Assembly (NCBI GenBank): GCA_964016885.1
Contig: CAXHJY010000080.1
Location: 1-64,000, forward strand
Length of the DNA stretch: 64,000 nucleotides
Direction of reading: 5' to 3'
DNA from: Eledone cirrhosa
Taxonomy: Eukaryota
In this document: positions 10,101-25,100 of the stretch, piece after piece
Numbering within the stretch: the stretch's first letter is position 1
Layout of the letters: the number at the start of each line of letters is the position of its first letter
Position numbers and translations under genes: made by a program
Notes under the pieces: generated by a model
The model's input: the letters and a program-made list of their open reading frames with translations, nothing else
What the model was told of the DNA's origin: nothing
Database searches by the model: none

Positions 10101-13100
10101 AGGTTTTCAGAAATTTATCACTTTCGTTGGGTATCATTAAAGTCTGCAGACAATCTATGATGAATGTTAATTTGTTAAATATTTGAGTGTTATTAAAATC
10201 TCTAGTTCTTCTATGATAAATATTGAATTATTATATATGTGGCAGTGTTAATTGATGGCTACCTCCCTATTCTCTAGGTAAATGTAATGCTGCCAAATCA
10301 GACATTGTGTTCGTTCTGGATTCTTCAACTAGCGTTACTGATGTGAACTTCAAGAAAATCTTAGCTTTTGTAAAAGACTTTCTATCGGAGGCTAGTATTG
10401 ACAATGGTAATGTGAGAGTAGGGGCAGTGATTTATAGCACTGACGTACAAGTGCAGTTTCATTTGAATCACTACCATTCAAAGAGAGATATCCTCAATGC
10501 TATTGACAACATTGCCTATGTGTATGGAAGCACAAATACATATGGAGGTCTGCACACAGCCAGAAGACAGATGTTTACTGCAGAAAATGGTGACAGAGCC
10601 GGTATTCCTAATATTATTTTCCTTATTACTGATGGCGTTTCCAACATCAACGCTTTACAAACCATACCAGAAGCCGAAGCTATTCGTGCAGAAAAGATCC
10701 ATATTTACGCTATAGGTATAGGCCTTGCAGAAACTACAGAACTTGACAAAATTGCATCATATCCACCATCAGAAAACAGTTTCACTGTCGAAGATTTTAA
10801 TCAGCTTTATGATTTAAAACACCAAATATTTGATTCTTTCTGTCCGGGTACGTATATTACGTAGATTATGTCAGTTGTTGCGTTTCGTTTCTTTCATGTC
10901 GGTCAACATCACTTTGTAGTGTCATTCTACATATTAATTGTACACATGTTTATTGTGTTACATCTAATCTGTCTCCTTGGTCAATCATTTCTTTTGTTGT
11001 TCTTGCTGAAATTTCAGTTGAACGAGGTTTTGTTTTGTATTTGATCGATTGTAAATGTTGTTGTTACTGTTCACTATCAATGATATTTGTTCATATTATT
11101 ATACACATAACAGTTTATATTTTCTCCAATATGTTTGTGAGAAATATTCAATTTAAAATATAATCAAATTGACACAATTATAAAATTAGATATTCTGTTT
11201 TGTCTATGTATTGTGATGGGCTGTTGCCAGAATTTGTATATTCATAAGTAATATTCAATTATATTTGTTCACATTGCAGAATATGTTCTCTCTAATGTGA
11301 ATTATTATTGAAATTATTTCTTTTCTATGTGTTGATATCTATCCATATCACACTACATTCTTTATGTTGTTGTTGCTGGTTACTCTTGATGTTATCAACA
11401 TAATATTGTTATCGTTATATATCAGTCTGTTTTTACTAAGTTCCTGTTATATGTTTGGATATTTCTGTTGTTATATGGTGTTTTGAACAAGATAATCCAC
11501 TTGTTTCAGTAAGGTTACATGTGTCTTTATAATATTTGTAAAGAGAATTTCCTCTTACCGTGATTGTGAACGCTAGGCATAACTATGAGTAAATCTGGAA
11601 TTACTAATTATATCTGACTAGTTTATTGCACTTTTCCACTTTACAGTAAGACCTGAAGTAACAACTCCACATCCAAAACCACCTGGTAAGATATTTTAAA
11701 TGGTTTTCTTTGTTACTTAGTTTCAAATAAGAGATCTGTAACTATTGGCTAGAATTAAGTTCTTTAAAGTATACATGATCTAATTGAAGGAAAGTCTATG
11801 GAAATCTAGTGATTTCTTAAATATTTGAGTGTTATTAAATTCTCTAGATGTTCTATGATAAATATTGAATTATTATATATGTGGTAGTGTTAATTGATGG
11901 CTACCTCCCTATTCTCTAGGTAAATGTAATGCTGCTGAATCAGACATTGTGTTCGTTCTGGATTCTTCAACTAGCGTTACTGATGTGAACTTCAAGAAAA
12001 TCTTAGCTTTTGTGAAAGACTTTCTATCGGAGGCTAGTATTGACAATGGTAATGTGAGAGTAGGGGCAGTGATTTATAGCACTGACGTACAAGTGCAGTT
12101 TCATTTGAATCACTACCATTCAAAGAGAGATATCCTCAATGCTATTGACAACATTGCCTATGTGTATGGAAGCACAAATACATATGGAGGTCTGCACACA
12201 GCCAGAAGACAGATGTTTACTGCAGAAAATGGTGACAGAGCCGGTATTCCTAATATTATTTTCCTTATTACTGATGGCGTTTCCAACATCAACGCTTTTC
12301 AAACCATACCAGAAGCCAAAGCTATTCGTGCAGAAAACATCCATATTTACGCTATAGGTATAGGCCTTGCAGAAACTACAGAACTTGACAAAATTGCATC
12401 ATATCCACCATCAGAAAACAGTTTCACTGTCGAAGATTTTAATCAGCTTTATGATTTAAAACACCAAATATTTGATTCTTTCTGTCCGGGTACGTATATT
12501 ACGTAGATTATGTCAGTTGTTGCGTTTCGTTTCTTTCATGTCGGTCAACATCACTTTGTAGTGTCATTCTACATATTAATTGTACACATGTTTATTGTGT
12601 TACATCTAATCTGTCTCCTTGGTCAATCATTTCTTTTGTTGTTCTTGCAGAAATTTCAGTTGAACGAGGTTTTGTTTTGTATTTGATCGATTGTAAATGT
12701 TGTTGTTACTGTTCACTATCAATGATATTTGTTCATATTATAATACACATAACAGTTTATATTTTGTCCAATATGTTTGTGAGAAAGATTCAATTGAAAA
12801 TATAATCAAATTGACACAATTATAGAATTAGATATTCTGTTTTGTCTATGTATTGTGATGGGCTGTTGCCAGAATTTGTATATTCATAAGTAATATTCAA
12901 TTATATTTGTTCACATTGCAGAATATGTTCTCTCTAATGTGAATTATTATTGAAATTATTTCTTTTCTATGTGTTGATATCTATCCATATCACACTACAT
13001 TCTTTATGTTGTTGTTGCTGGTTACTCTTGATGTTATCAACATAATATTGTTATCGTTATATATCAGTCTGTTTTTACTAAGTTCCTGTTATATGTTTGG

Positions 13101-16100
13101 ATATTTCTGTTGTTATATGGTGTTTTGAACAAGATAATCCACTTGTTTCCGTAAGGTTACATGTGTCTATATAATATTTGTAAAGAGAATTTCCTCTTAC
13201 CGTGATTGTGAACGCTAGGCATAACTATGAGTAAATCTGGAATTACTAATTATATCTGACTAGTTTATTGCACTTTTCCACTTTACAGTAAGACCTGAAG
13301 TAACAACTCCACATCCAAAACCACCTGGTAAGATATTTTAAATGGTTTTCTTTGTTACTTAGTTTCAAATAAGAGATCTGTAACTATTGGCTAGAATTAA
13401 GTTCTTTAAAGTATACATGATCTAATTGAAGGAAAGTCTATGGAAATCTAGTGATTTCTTAAATATTTGAGTGTTATTAAATATTCTCTAGATGTTCTAT
13501 GATAAATATTGAATTATTATATATGTGGCAGTGTTAATTGATGGCTACCTCCCTATTCTCTAGGTAAATGTAATGCTGCTGAATCAGACATTGTGTTCGT
13601 TCTGGATTCTTCAACTAGCGTTACTGATGTGAACTTCAAGAAAATCTTAGCTTTTGTGAAAGACTTTCTATCGGAGGCTAGTATTGACAATGGTAATGTG
13701 AGAGTAGGGGCAGTGATTTATAGCACTGACGTACAAGTGCAGTTTCATTTGAATTACTACCATTCAAAGAGAGATATCCTCAATGCTATTGACAACATTG
13801 CCTATGTGTATGGAAGCACAAATACATATGGAGGTCTGCACACAGCCAGAAGACAGATGTTTACTGCAGAAAATGGTGACAGAGCCGGTATTCCTAATAT
13901 TATTTTCCTTATTACTGATGGCGTTTCCAACATCAACGCTTTACAAACCATACCAGAAGCCGAAGCTATTCGTGCAGAAAACATCCATATTTACGCTATA
14001 GGTATAGGCCTTGCAGAAACTACAGAACTTGACAAAATTGCATCATATCCACCATCAGAAAACAGTTTCACTGTCGAAGATTTTAATCAGCTTTATGATT
14101 TAAAACACCAAATATTTGATTCTTTCTGTCCGGGTACGTATATTACGTAGATTATGTCAGTTGTTGCGTTTCGTTTCTTTCATGTCGGTCAACATCACTT
14201 TGTAGTGTCATTCTACATATTAATTGTACACATGTTTATTGTGTTACATCTAATCTGTCTCCTTGGTCAATCATTTCTTTTGTTGTTCTTGCTGAAATTT
14301 CAGTTGAACGAGGTTTTGTTTTGTATTTGATCGATTGTAAATGTTGTTGTTACTGTTCACTATCAATGATATTTGTTCATATTATAATACACATAACAGT
14401 TTATATTTTGTCCAATATGTTTGTGAGAAATATTCAATTGAAAATATAATCAAATTGACACAATTATAGAATTAGATATTCTGTTTTGTCTATGTATTGT
14501 GATGGGCTGTGGCCAGAATTTGTATATTCATAAGTAATATTCAATTATATTTGTTCACATTGCAGAATATGTTCTCTCTAATGTGAATTATTATTGAAAT
14601 TATTTCTTTTCTATGTGTTGATATCTATCCATATCACACTACATTCTTTATGTTGTTGTTGCTGGTTACTCTTGATGTTATCAACATAATATTGTTATCG
14701 TTATATATCAGTCTGTTTTTACTAAGTTCCTGTTATATGTTTGGATATTTCTGTTGTTATATGGTGTTTTGAACAAGATAATCCACTTGTTTCAGTAAGG
14801 TTACATGTCTCTATATAATATTTGTAAAGAGAATTTCCTCTTACCGTGATTGTGAACGCTAGGCATAACTATGAGTTAATCTGGAATTACTAATTATATC
14901 TGACTAGTTTATTGAACTTTTCCACTTTACAGTAAGACCTGAAGTAACAACTCCACATCCAAAACCACCTGGTAAGATATTTTAAATGGTTTTCTTTGTT
15001 ACTTAGTTTCAAATAAGAGATCTGTAACTATTGGCTAGAATTAAGTTCTTTAAAGTATACATGATCTAATTGAAGGAAAGTCTATGGAAATCTAGTGATT
15101 TCTTAAATATTTGAGTGTTATTAAATATTCTCTAGATGTTCTATGATAAATATTGAATTATTATATATGTGGCAGTGTTAATTGATGGCTACCTCCCTAT
15201 TCTCTAGGTAAATGTAATGCTGCTGAATCAGACATTGTGTTCGTTCTGGATTCTTCAACTAGCGTTACTGATGTGAACTTCAAGAAAATCTTAGCTTTTG
15301 TGAAAGACTTTCTATCGGAGGCTAGTATTGACAATGGTAATGTGAGAGTAGGGGCAGTGATTTATAGCACTGACGTACAAGTGCAGTTTCATTTGAATCA
15401 CTACCATTCAAAGAGAGATATCCTCAATGCTATTGACAACATTGCCTATGTGTATGGAAGCACAAATACATATGGAGGTCTGCACACAGCCAGAAGACAG
15501 ATGTTTACTGCAGAAAATGGTGACAGAGCCGGTATTCCTAATATTATTTTCCTTATTACTGATGGCGTTTCCAACATCAACGCTTTACAAACCATACCAG
15601 AAGCCGAAGCTATTCGTGCAGAAAACATCCATATTTACGCTATAGGTATAGGCCTTGCAGAAACTACAGAACTTGACAAAATTGCATCATATCCACCATC
15701 AGAAAACAGTTTCACTGTCGAAGATTTTAATCAGCTTTATGATTTAAAACACCAAATATTTGATTCTTTCTGTCCGGGTACGTATATTACGTAGATTATG
15801 TCAGTTGTTGTCGTTTCTTTCATGTCGGTCAACATCACTTTGTAGTGTCATTCTTCATATTAATTGTACACATGTTTATTGTGTTACATCTAATCTGTCT
15901 CCTTGGTCAATCATTTCTTTTGTTGTTCTTGCTGAAATTTCAGTTGAACGAGGTTTTGTTTTGTATTTGATCGATTGTAAATGTTGTTGTTACTGTTCAC
16001 TATCAATGATATTTGTTCATATTATAATACACATAACAGTTTATATTTTGTCCAATATGTTTGTGAGAAATATTCAATTGAAAATATAATCAAATTGACA

Positions 16101-19100
16101 CAATTATAGAATTAGATATTCTGTTTTGTCTATGTATTGTGATGGGCTGTTGCCAGAATTTGTATATTCATAAGTAATATTCAATTATATTTGTTCACAT
16201 TGCAGAATATGTTCTCTCTAATGTGAATTATTATTGAAATTATTTTTTTTCTATGTGTTGATATCTATCCATATCACACTACATTCTTTATGTTGTTGTT
16301 GCTGGTTACTCTTGATGTTATCAACATAATATTGTTATCGTTATATATCAGTCTGTTTTTACTAAGTTCCTGTTATATGTTTGGATATTTCTGTTGTTAT
16401 ATGGTGTTTTGAACAAGATAATCCACTTGTTTCAGTAAGGTTACATGTGTCTATATAATATTTGTAAAGAGAATTTCCTCTTACCGTGATTGTGAACGCT
16501 AGGCATAACTATGAGTTAATCTGGAATTACTAATTATATCTGACTAGTTTATTGAACTTTTCCACTTTACAGTAAGACCTGAAGTAACAACTCCACATCC
16601 AAAACCACCTGGTAAGATATTTTAAATGGTTTTCTTTGTTACTTAGTTTCAAATAAGAGATCTGTAACTATTGGCTAGAATTAAGTTCTTTAAAGTATAC
16701 ATGATCTAATTGAAGGAAAGTCTATGGAAATCTAGTGATTTCTTAAATATTTGAGTGTTATTAAATATTCTCTAGATGTTCTATGATAAATATTGAATTA
16801 TTATATATGTGGCAGTGTTAATTGATGGCTACCTCCCTATTCTCTAGGTAAATGTAATGCTGCTGAATCAGACATTGTGTTCGTTCTGGATTCTTCAACT
16901 AGCGTTACTGATGTGAACTTCAAGAAAATCTTAGCTTTTGTGAAAGACTTTCTATCGGAGGCTAGTATTGACAATGGTAATGTGAGAGTAGGGGCAGTGA
17001 TTTATAGCACTGACGTACAAGTGCAGTTTCATTTGAATTACTACCATTCAAAGAGAGATATCCTCAATGCTATTGACAACATTGCCTATGTGTATGGAAG
17101 CACAAATACATATGGAGGTCTGCACACAGCCAGAAGACAGATGTTTACTGCAGAAAATGGTGACAGAGCCGGTATTCCTAATATTATTTTCCTTATTACT
17201 GATGGCGTTTCCAACATCAACGCTTTACAAACCATACCAGAAGCCGAAGCTATTCGTGCAGAAAACATCCATATTTACGCTATAGGTATAGGCCTTGCAG
17301 AAACTACAGAACTTGACAAAATTGCATCATATCCACCATCAGAAAACAGTTTCACTGTCGAAGATTTTAATCAGCTTTATGATTTAAAACACCAAATATT
17401 TGATTCTTTCTGTCCGGGTACGTATATTACGTAGATTATGTCAGTTGTTGCGTTTCGTTTCTTTCATGTCGGTCAACATCACTTTGTAGTGTCATTCTAC
17501 ATATTAATTGTACACATGTTTATTGTGTTACATCTAATCTGTCTCCTTGGTCAATCATTTCTTTTGTTGTTCTTGCTGAAATTTCAGTTGAACGAGGTTT
17601 TATTTTATATTTTATCGATTGTATATGTTGTTGTTACTGTTCACTATCAATGATATTTGTTCATATTATAATACACATAACAGTTTATATTTTCTCCAAT
17701 ATGTTTGTGAGAAATATTCAATTTAAAATATAATCAAATTGACACAATTATAGAATTAGATATTCTGTTTTGTCTATGTATTGTGATGGGCTGTTGCCAG
17801 AATTTGTATATTCATAAGTAATATTCAATTATATTTGTTCACATTGCAGAATATGTTCTCTCTAATGTGAATTATTATTGAAATTATTTCTTTTCTATGT
17901 GTTGATATCTATCCATATCACACTACATTCTTTATGTTGTTGTTGCTGGTTACTCTTGATGTTATCAACATAATATTGTTATCGTTATATATCAGTCTGT
18001 TTTTACTAAGTTCCTGTTATATGTTTGGATATTTCTGTTGTTATATGGTGTTTTGAACAAGATAATCCACTTGTTTCAGTAAGGTTACATGTCTCTATAT
18101 AATATTTGTAAAGAGAATTTCCTCTTACCGTGATTGTGAACGCTAGGCATAACTATGAGTAAATCTGGAATTACTAATTATATCTGACTAGTTTATTGCA
18201 CTTTTCCACTTTACAGTAAGAACTGAAGTAACAACTCCACATCTAAAACCACCTGGTAAGATATTTTAAATGGTTTTCTTTGTTACTTAGTTTCAAAGTA
18301 AGAGATCTGTAACTATTGGCTAGAATTAAGTTCTTTAAAGTATACATGATCTAATTGAAGGAAAGTCTATGGAAATCTAGTGATTTCTTAAATATTTGAG
18401 TGTTATTAAATTCTCTAGATGTTCTATGATAAATATTGAATTATTATATATGTGGCAGTGTTAATTGATGGCTACCTCCCTATTCTCTAGGTAAATGTAA
18501 TGCTGCTGAATCAGACATTGTGTTCGTTCTGGATTCTTCAACTAGCGTTACTGATGTGAACTTCAAGAAAATCTTAGCTTTTGTGAAAGACTTTCTATCG
18601 GAGGCTAGTATTGACAATGGTAATGTGAGAGTAGGGGCAGTGATTTATAGCACTGACGTACAAGTGCAGTTTCATTTGAATCACTACCATTCAAAGAGAG
18701 ATATCCTCAATGCTATTGACAACATTGCCTATGTGTATGGAAGCACAAATACATATGGAGGTCTGCACACAGCCAGAAGACAGATGTTTACTGCAGAAAA
18801 TGGTGACAGAGCCGGTATTCCTAATATTATTTTCCTTATTACTGATGGCGTTTCCAACATCAACGCTTTACAAACCATACCAGAAGCCGAAGCTATTCGT
18901 GCAGAAAACATCCATATTTACGCTATAGGTATAGGCCTTGCAGAAACTACAGAACTTGACAAAATTGCATCATATCCACCATCAGAAAACAGTTTCACTG
19001 TCGAAGATTTTAATCAGCTTTATGATTTAAAACACCAAATATTTGATTCTTTCTGTCCGGGTACGTATATTACGTAGATTATGTCAGTTGTTGCGTTTCG

Positions 19101-22100
19101 TTTCTTTCATGTCGGTCAACATCACTTTGTAGTGTCATTCTACATAGTAATTGTACACATGTTTATTGTGTTACATCTAATCTGTCTCCTTGGTCAATCA
19201 TTTCTTTTGTTGTTCTTGCTGAAATTTCAGTTGAACGAGGTTTTGTTTTGTATTTTATCGATTGTATATGTTGTTGTTACTGTTCACTATCAATGATATT
19301 TGTTCATATTATAATACACATAACAGTTTATATTTTCTCCAATATGTTTGTGAGAAATATTCAATTTAAAATATAATCAAATTGACACAATTATAGAATT
19401 AGATATTCTGTTTTGTCTATGTATTGTGATGGGCTGTTGCCAGAATTTGTATATTCATAAGTAATATTCAATTATATTTGTTCACATTGCAGAATATGTT
19501 CTCTCTAATGTGAATTATTATTGAAATTATTTCTTTTCTATGTGTTGATATCTATCCATATCACACTACATTCTTTATGTTGTTGTTGCTGGTTACTCTT
19601 GATGTTATCAACATAATATTGTTATCGTTATATATCAGTGTTTTTACTAAGTTCCTGTTATATGTTTGGATATTTCTGTTGTTATATGGTGTTTTGAACA
19701 AGATAATCCACTTGTTTCAGTAAGGTTACATGTCTCTATATAATATTTGTAAAGAGAATTTCCTCTTACCGTGATTGTGAACGCTAGGCATAACTATGAG
19801 TAAATCTGGAATTACTAATTATATCTGACTAGTTTATTGCACTTTTCCACTTTACAGTAAGACCTGAAGTAACAACTCCACATCCAAAACCACCTGGTAA
19901 GATATTTTAAATGGTTTTCTTTGTTACTTAGTTTCAAAGTAAGAGATCTGTAACTATTGGCTAGAATTAAGTTCTTTAAAGTATACATGATCTAATTGAA
20001 GGAAAGTCTATGGAAATCTAGTGATTTCTTAAATATTTGAGTGTTATTAAATTCTCTAGATGTTCTATGATAAATATTGAATTATTATATATGTGGCAGT
20101 GTTAATTGATGGCTACCTCCCTATTCTCTAGGTAAATGTAATGCTGCTGAATCAGACATTGTGTTCGTTCTGGATTCTTCAACTAGCGTTACTGATGTGA
20201 ACTTCAAGAAAATCTTAGCTTTTGTGAAAGACTTTCTATCGGAGGCTAGTATTGACAATGGTAATGTGAGAGTAGGGGCAGTGATTTATAGCACTGACGT
20301 ACAAGTGCAGTTTCATTTGAATTACTACCATTCAAAGAGAGATATCCTCAATGCTATTGACAACATTGCCTATGTGTATGGAAGCACAAATACATATGGA
20401 GGTCTGCACACAGCCAGAAGACAGATGTTTACTGCAGAAAATGGTGACAGAGCCGGTATTCCTAATATTATTTTCCTTATTACTGATGGCGTTTCCAACA
20501 TCAACGCTTTACAAACCATACCAGAAGCCGAAGCTATTCGTGCAGAAAACATCCATATTTACGCTATAGGTATAGGCCTTGCAGAAACTACAGAACTTGA
20601 CAAAATTGCATCATATCCACCATCAGAAAACAGTTTCACTGTCGAAGATTTTAATCAGCTTTATGATTTAAAACACCAAATATTTGATTCTTTCTGTCCG
20701 GGTACGTATATTACGTAGATTATGTCAGTTGTTGCGTTTCGTTTCTTTCATGTCGGTCAACATCACTTTGTAGTGTCATTCTACATAGTAATTGTACACA
20801 TGTTTATTGTGTTACATCTAATCTGTCTCCTTGGTCAATCATTTCTTTTGTTGTTCTTGCTGAAATTTCAGTTGAACGAGGTTTTGTTTTGTATTTTATC
20901 GATTGTAAATGTTGTTGTTACTGTTCACTATCAATGATATTTGTTCATATTATAATACACATAACAGTTTATATTTTGTCCAATATGTTTGTGAGAAATA
21001 TTCAATTAAAAATATAATCAAATTGACACAATTATAGAATTAGATATTCTGTTTTGTCTATGTATTGTGATGGGCTGTTGCCAGAATTTGTATATTCATA
21101 AGTAATATTCAATTATATTTGTTCACATTGCAGAATATGTTCTCTCTAATGTGAATTATTATTGAAATTATTTCTTTTCTATGTGTTGATATCTATCCAT
21201 ATCACACTACATTCTTTATGTTGTTGTTGCTGGTTACTCTTGATGTTATCAACATAATATTGTTATCGTTATATATCAGTCTGTTTTTACTAAGTTCCTG
21301 TTATATGTTTGGATATTTCTGTTGTTATATGGTGTTTTGAACAAGATAATCCACTTGTTTCAGTAAGGTTACATGTGTCTATATAATATTTGTAAAGAGA
21401 ATTTCCTCTTACCGTGATTGTGAACGCTAGGCATAACTATGAGTAAATCTGGAATTACTAATTATATCTGACTAGTTTATTGCACTTTTCCACTTTACAG
21501 TAAGACCTGAAGTAACAACTCCACATCCAAAACCACCTGGTAAGATATTTTAAATGGTTTTCTTTGTTACTTAGTTTCAAATTAAGAGATCTGTAACTAT
21601 TGGCTAGAATTAAGTTCTTTAAAGTATACATGATCTAATTGAAGGAAAGTCTATGGAAATCTAGTGATTTCTTAAATATTTGAGTGTTATTAAATTCTCT
21701 AGATGTTCTATGATAAATATTGAATTATTATATATGTGGCAGTGTTAATTGATGGCTACCTCCCTATTCTCTAGGTAAATGTAATGCTGCTGAATCAGAC
21801 ATTGTGTTCGTTCTGGATTCTTCAACTAGCGTTACTGATGTGAACTTCAAGAAAATCTTAGCTTTTGTGAAAGACTTTCTATCGGAGGCTAGTATTGACA
21901 ATGGTAATGTGAGAGTAGGGGCAGTGATTTATAGCACTGACGTACAAGTGCAGTTTCATTTGAATCACTACCATTCAAAGAGAGATATCCTCAATGCTAT
22001 TGACAACATTGCCTATGTGTATGGAAGCACAAATACATATGGAGGTCTGCACACAGCCAGAAGACAGATGTTTACTGCAGAAAATGGTGACAGAGCCGGT

Positions 22101-25100
22101 ATTCCTAATATTATTTTCCTTATTACTGATGGCGTTTCCAACATCAACGCTTTACAAACCATACCAGAAGCCGAAGCTATTCGTGCAGAAAACATCCATA
22201 TTTACGCTATAGGTATAGGCCTTGCAGAAACTACAGAACTTGACAAAATTGCATCATATCCACCATCAGAAAACAGTTTCACTGTCGAAGATTTTAATCA
22301 GCTTTATGATTTAAAACACCAAATATTTGATTCTTTCTGTCCGGGTACGTATATTACGTAGATTATGTCAGTTGTTGTCGTTTCTTTCATGTCGGTCAAC
22401 ATCACTTTGTAGTGTCATTCTTCATATTAATTGTACACATGTTTATTGTGTTACATCTAATCTGTCTCCTTGGTCAATCATTTCTTTTGTTGTTCTTGCT
22501 GAAATTTCAGTTGAACGAGGTTTTGTTTTGTATTTGATCGATTGTAAATGTTGTTGTTACTGTTCACTATCAATGATATTTGTTCATATTATAATACACA
22601 TAACAGTTTATATTTTGTCCAATATGTTTGTGAGAAATATTCAATTGAAAATATAATCAAATTGACACAATTATAGAATTAGATATTCTGTTTTGTCTAT
22701 GTATTGTGATGGGCTGTGGCCAGAATTTGTATATTCATAAGTAATATTCAATTATATTTGTTCACATTGCAGAATATGTTCTCTCTAATGTGAATTATTA
22801 TTGAAATTATTTCTTTTCTATGTGTTGATATCTATCCATATCACACTACATTCTTTATGTTGTTGTTGCTGGTTACTCTTGATGTTATCAACATAATATT
22901 GTTATCGTTATATATCAGTCTGTTTTTACTAAGTTCCTGTTATATGTTTGGATATTTCTGTTGTTATATGGTGTTTTGAACAAGATAATCCACTTGTTTC
23001 AGTAAGGTTACATGTCTCTATATAATATTTGTAAAGAGAATTTCCTCTTACCGTGATTGTGAACGCTAGGCATAACTATGAGTTAATCTGGAATTACTAA
23101 TTATATCTGACTAGTTTATTGAACTTTTCCACTTTACAGTAAGACCTGAAGTAACAACTCCACATCCAAAACCACCTGGTAAGATATTTTAAATGGTTTT
23201 CTTTGTTACTTAGTTTCAAATAAGAGATCTGTAACTATTGGCTAGAATTAAGTTCTTTAAAGTATACATGATCTAATTGAAGGAAAGTCTATGGAAATCT
23301 AGTGATTTCTTAAATATTTGAGTGTTATTAAATATTCTCTAGATGTTCTATGATAAATATTGAATTATTATATATGTGGCAGTGTTAATTGATGGCTACC
23401 TCCCTATTCTCTAGGTAAATGTAATGCTGCTGAATCAGACATTGTGTTCGTTCTGGATTCTTCAACTAGCGTTACTGATGTGAACTTCAAGAAAATCTTA
23501 GCTTTTGTGAAAGACTTTCTATCGGAGGCTAGTATTGACAATGGCAATGTGAGAGTAGGGGCAGTGATTTATAGCACTGACGTACAAGTGCAGTTTCATT
23601 TGAATTACTACCATTCAAAGAGAGATATCCTCAATGCTATTGACAACATTGCCTATGTGTATGGAAGCACAAATACATATGGAGGTCTGCACACAGCCAG
23701 AAGACAGATGTTTACTGCAGAAAATGGTGACAGAGCCGGTATTCCTAATATTATTTTCCTTATTACTGATGGCGTTTCCAACATCAACGCTTTACAAACC
23801 ATACCAGAAGCCGAAGCTATTCGTGCAGAAAACATCCATATTTACGCTATAGGTATAGGCCTTGCAGAAACTACAGAACTTGACAAAATTGCATCATATC
23901 CACCATCAGAAAACAGTTTCACTGTCGAAGATTTTAATCAGCTTTATGATTTAAAACACCAAATATTTGATTCTTTCTGTCCGGGTACGTATATTACGTA
24001 GATTATGTCAGTTGTTGCGTTTCGTTTCTTTCATGTCGGTCAACATCACTTTGTAGTGTCATTCTACATATTAATTGTACACATGTTTATTGTGTTACAT
24101 CTAATCTGTCTCCTTGGTCAATCATTTCTTTTGTTGTTCTTGCTGAAATTTCAGTTGAACGAGGTTTTGTTTTATATTTTATCGATTGTATATGTTGTTG
24201 TTACTGTTCACTATCAATGATATTTGTTCATATTATAATACACATAACAGTTTATATTTTCTCCAATATGTTTGTGAGAAATATTCAATTTAAAATATAA
24301 TCAAATTGACACAATTATAGAATTAGATATTCTGTTTTGTCTATGTATTGTGATGGGCTGTTGCCAGAATTTGTATATTCATAAGTAATATTCAATTATA
24401 TTTGTTCACATTGCAGAATATGTTCTCTCTAATGTGAATTATTATTGAAATTATTTCTTTTCTATGTGTTGATATCTATCCATATCACACTACATTCTTT
24501 ATGTTGTTGTTGCTGGTTACTCTTGATGTTATCAACATAATATTGTTATCGTTATATATCAGTCTGTTTTTACTAAGTTCCTGTTATATGTTTGGATATT
24601 TCTGTTGTTATATGGTGTTTTGAACAAGATAATCCACTTGTTTCAGTAAGGTTACATGTCTCTATATAATATTTGTAAAGAGAATTTCCTCTTACCGTGA
24701 TTGTGAACGCTAGGCATAACTATGAGTAAATCTGGAATTACTAATTATATCTGACTAGTTTATTGCACTTTTCCACTTTACAGTAAGAACTGAAGTAACA
24801 ACTCCACATCCAAAACCACCTGGTAAGATATTTTAAATGGTTTTCTTTGTTACTTAGTTTCAAAGTAAGAGATCTGTAACTATTGGCTAGAATTAAGTTC
24901 TTTAAAGTATACATGATCTAATTGAAGGAAAGTCTATGGAAATCTAGTGATTTCTTAAATATTTGAGTGTTATTAAATTCTCTAGATGTTCTATGATAAA
25001 TATTGAATTATTATATATGTGGCAGTGTTAATTGATGGCTACCTCCCTATTCTCTAGGTAAATGTAATGCTGCTGAATCAGACATTGTGTTCGTTCTGGA

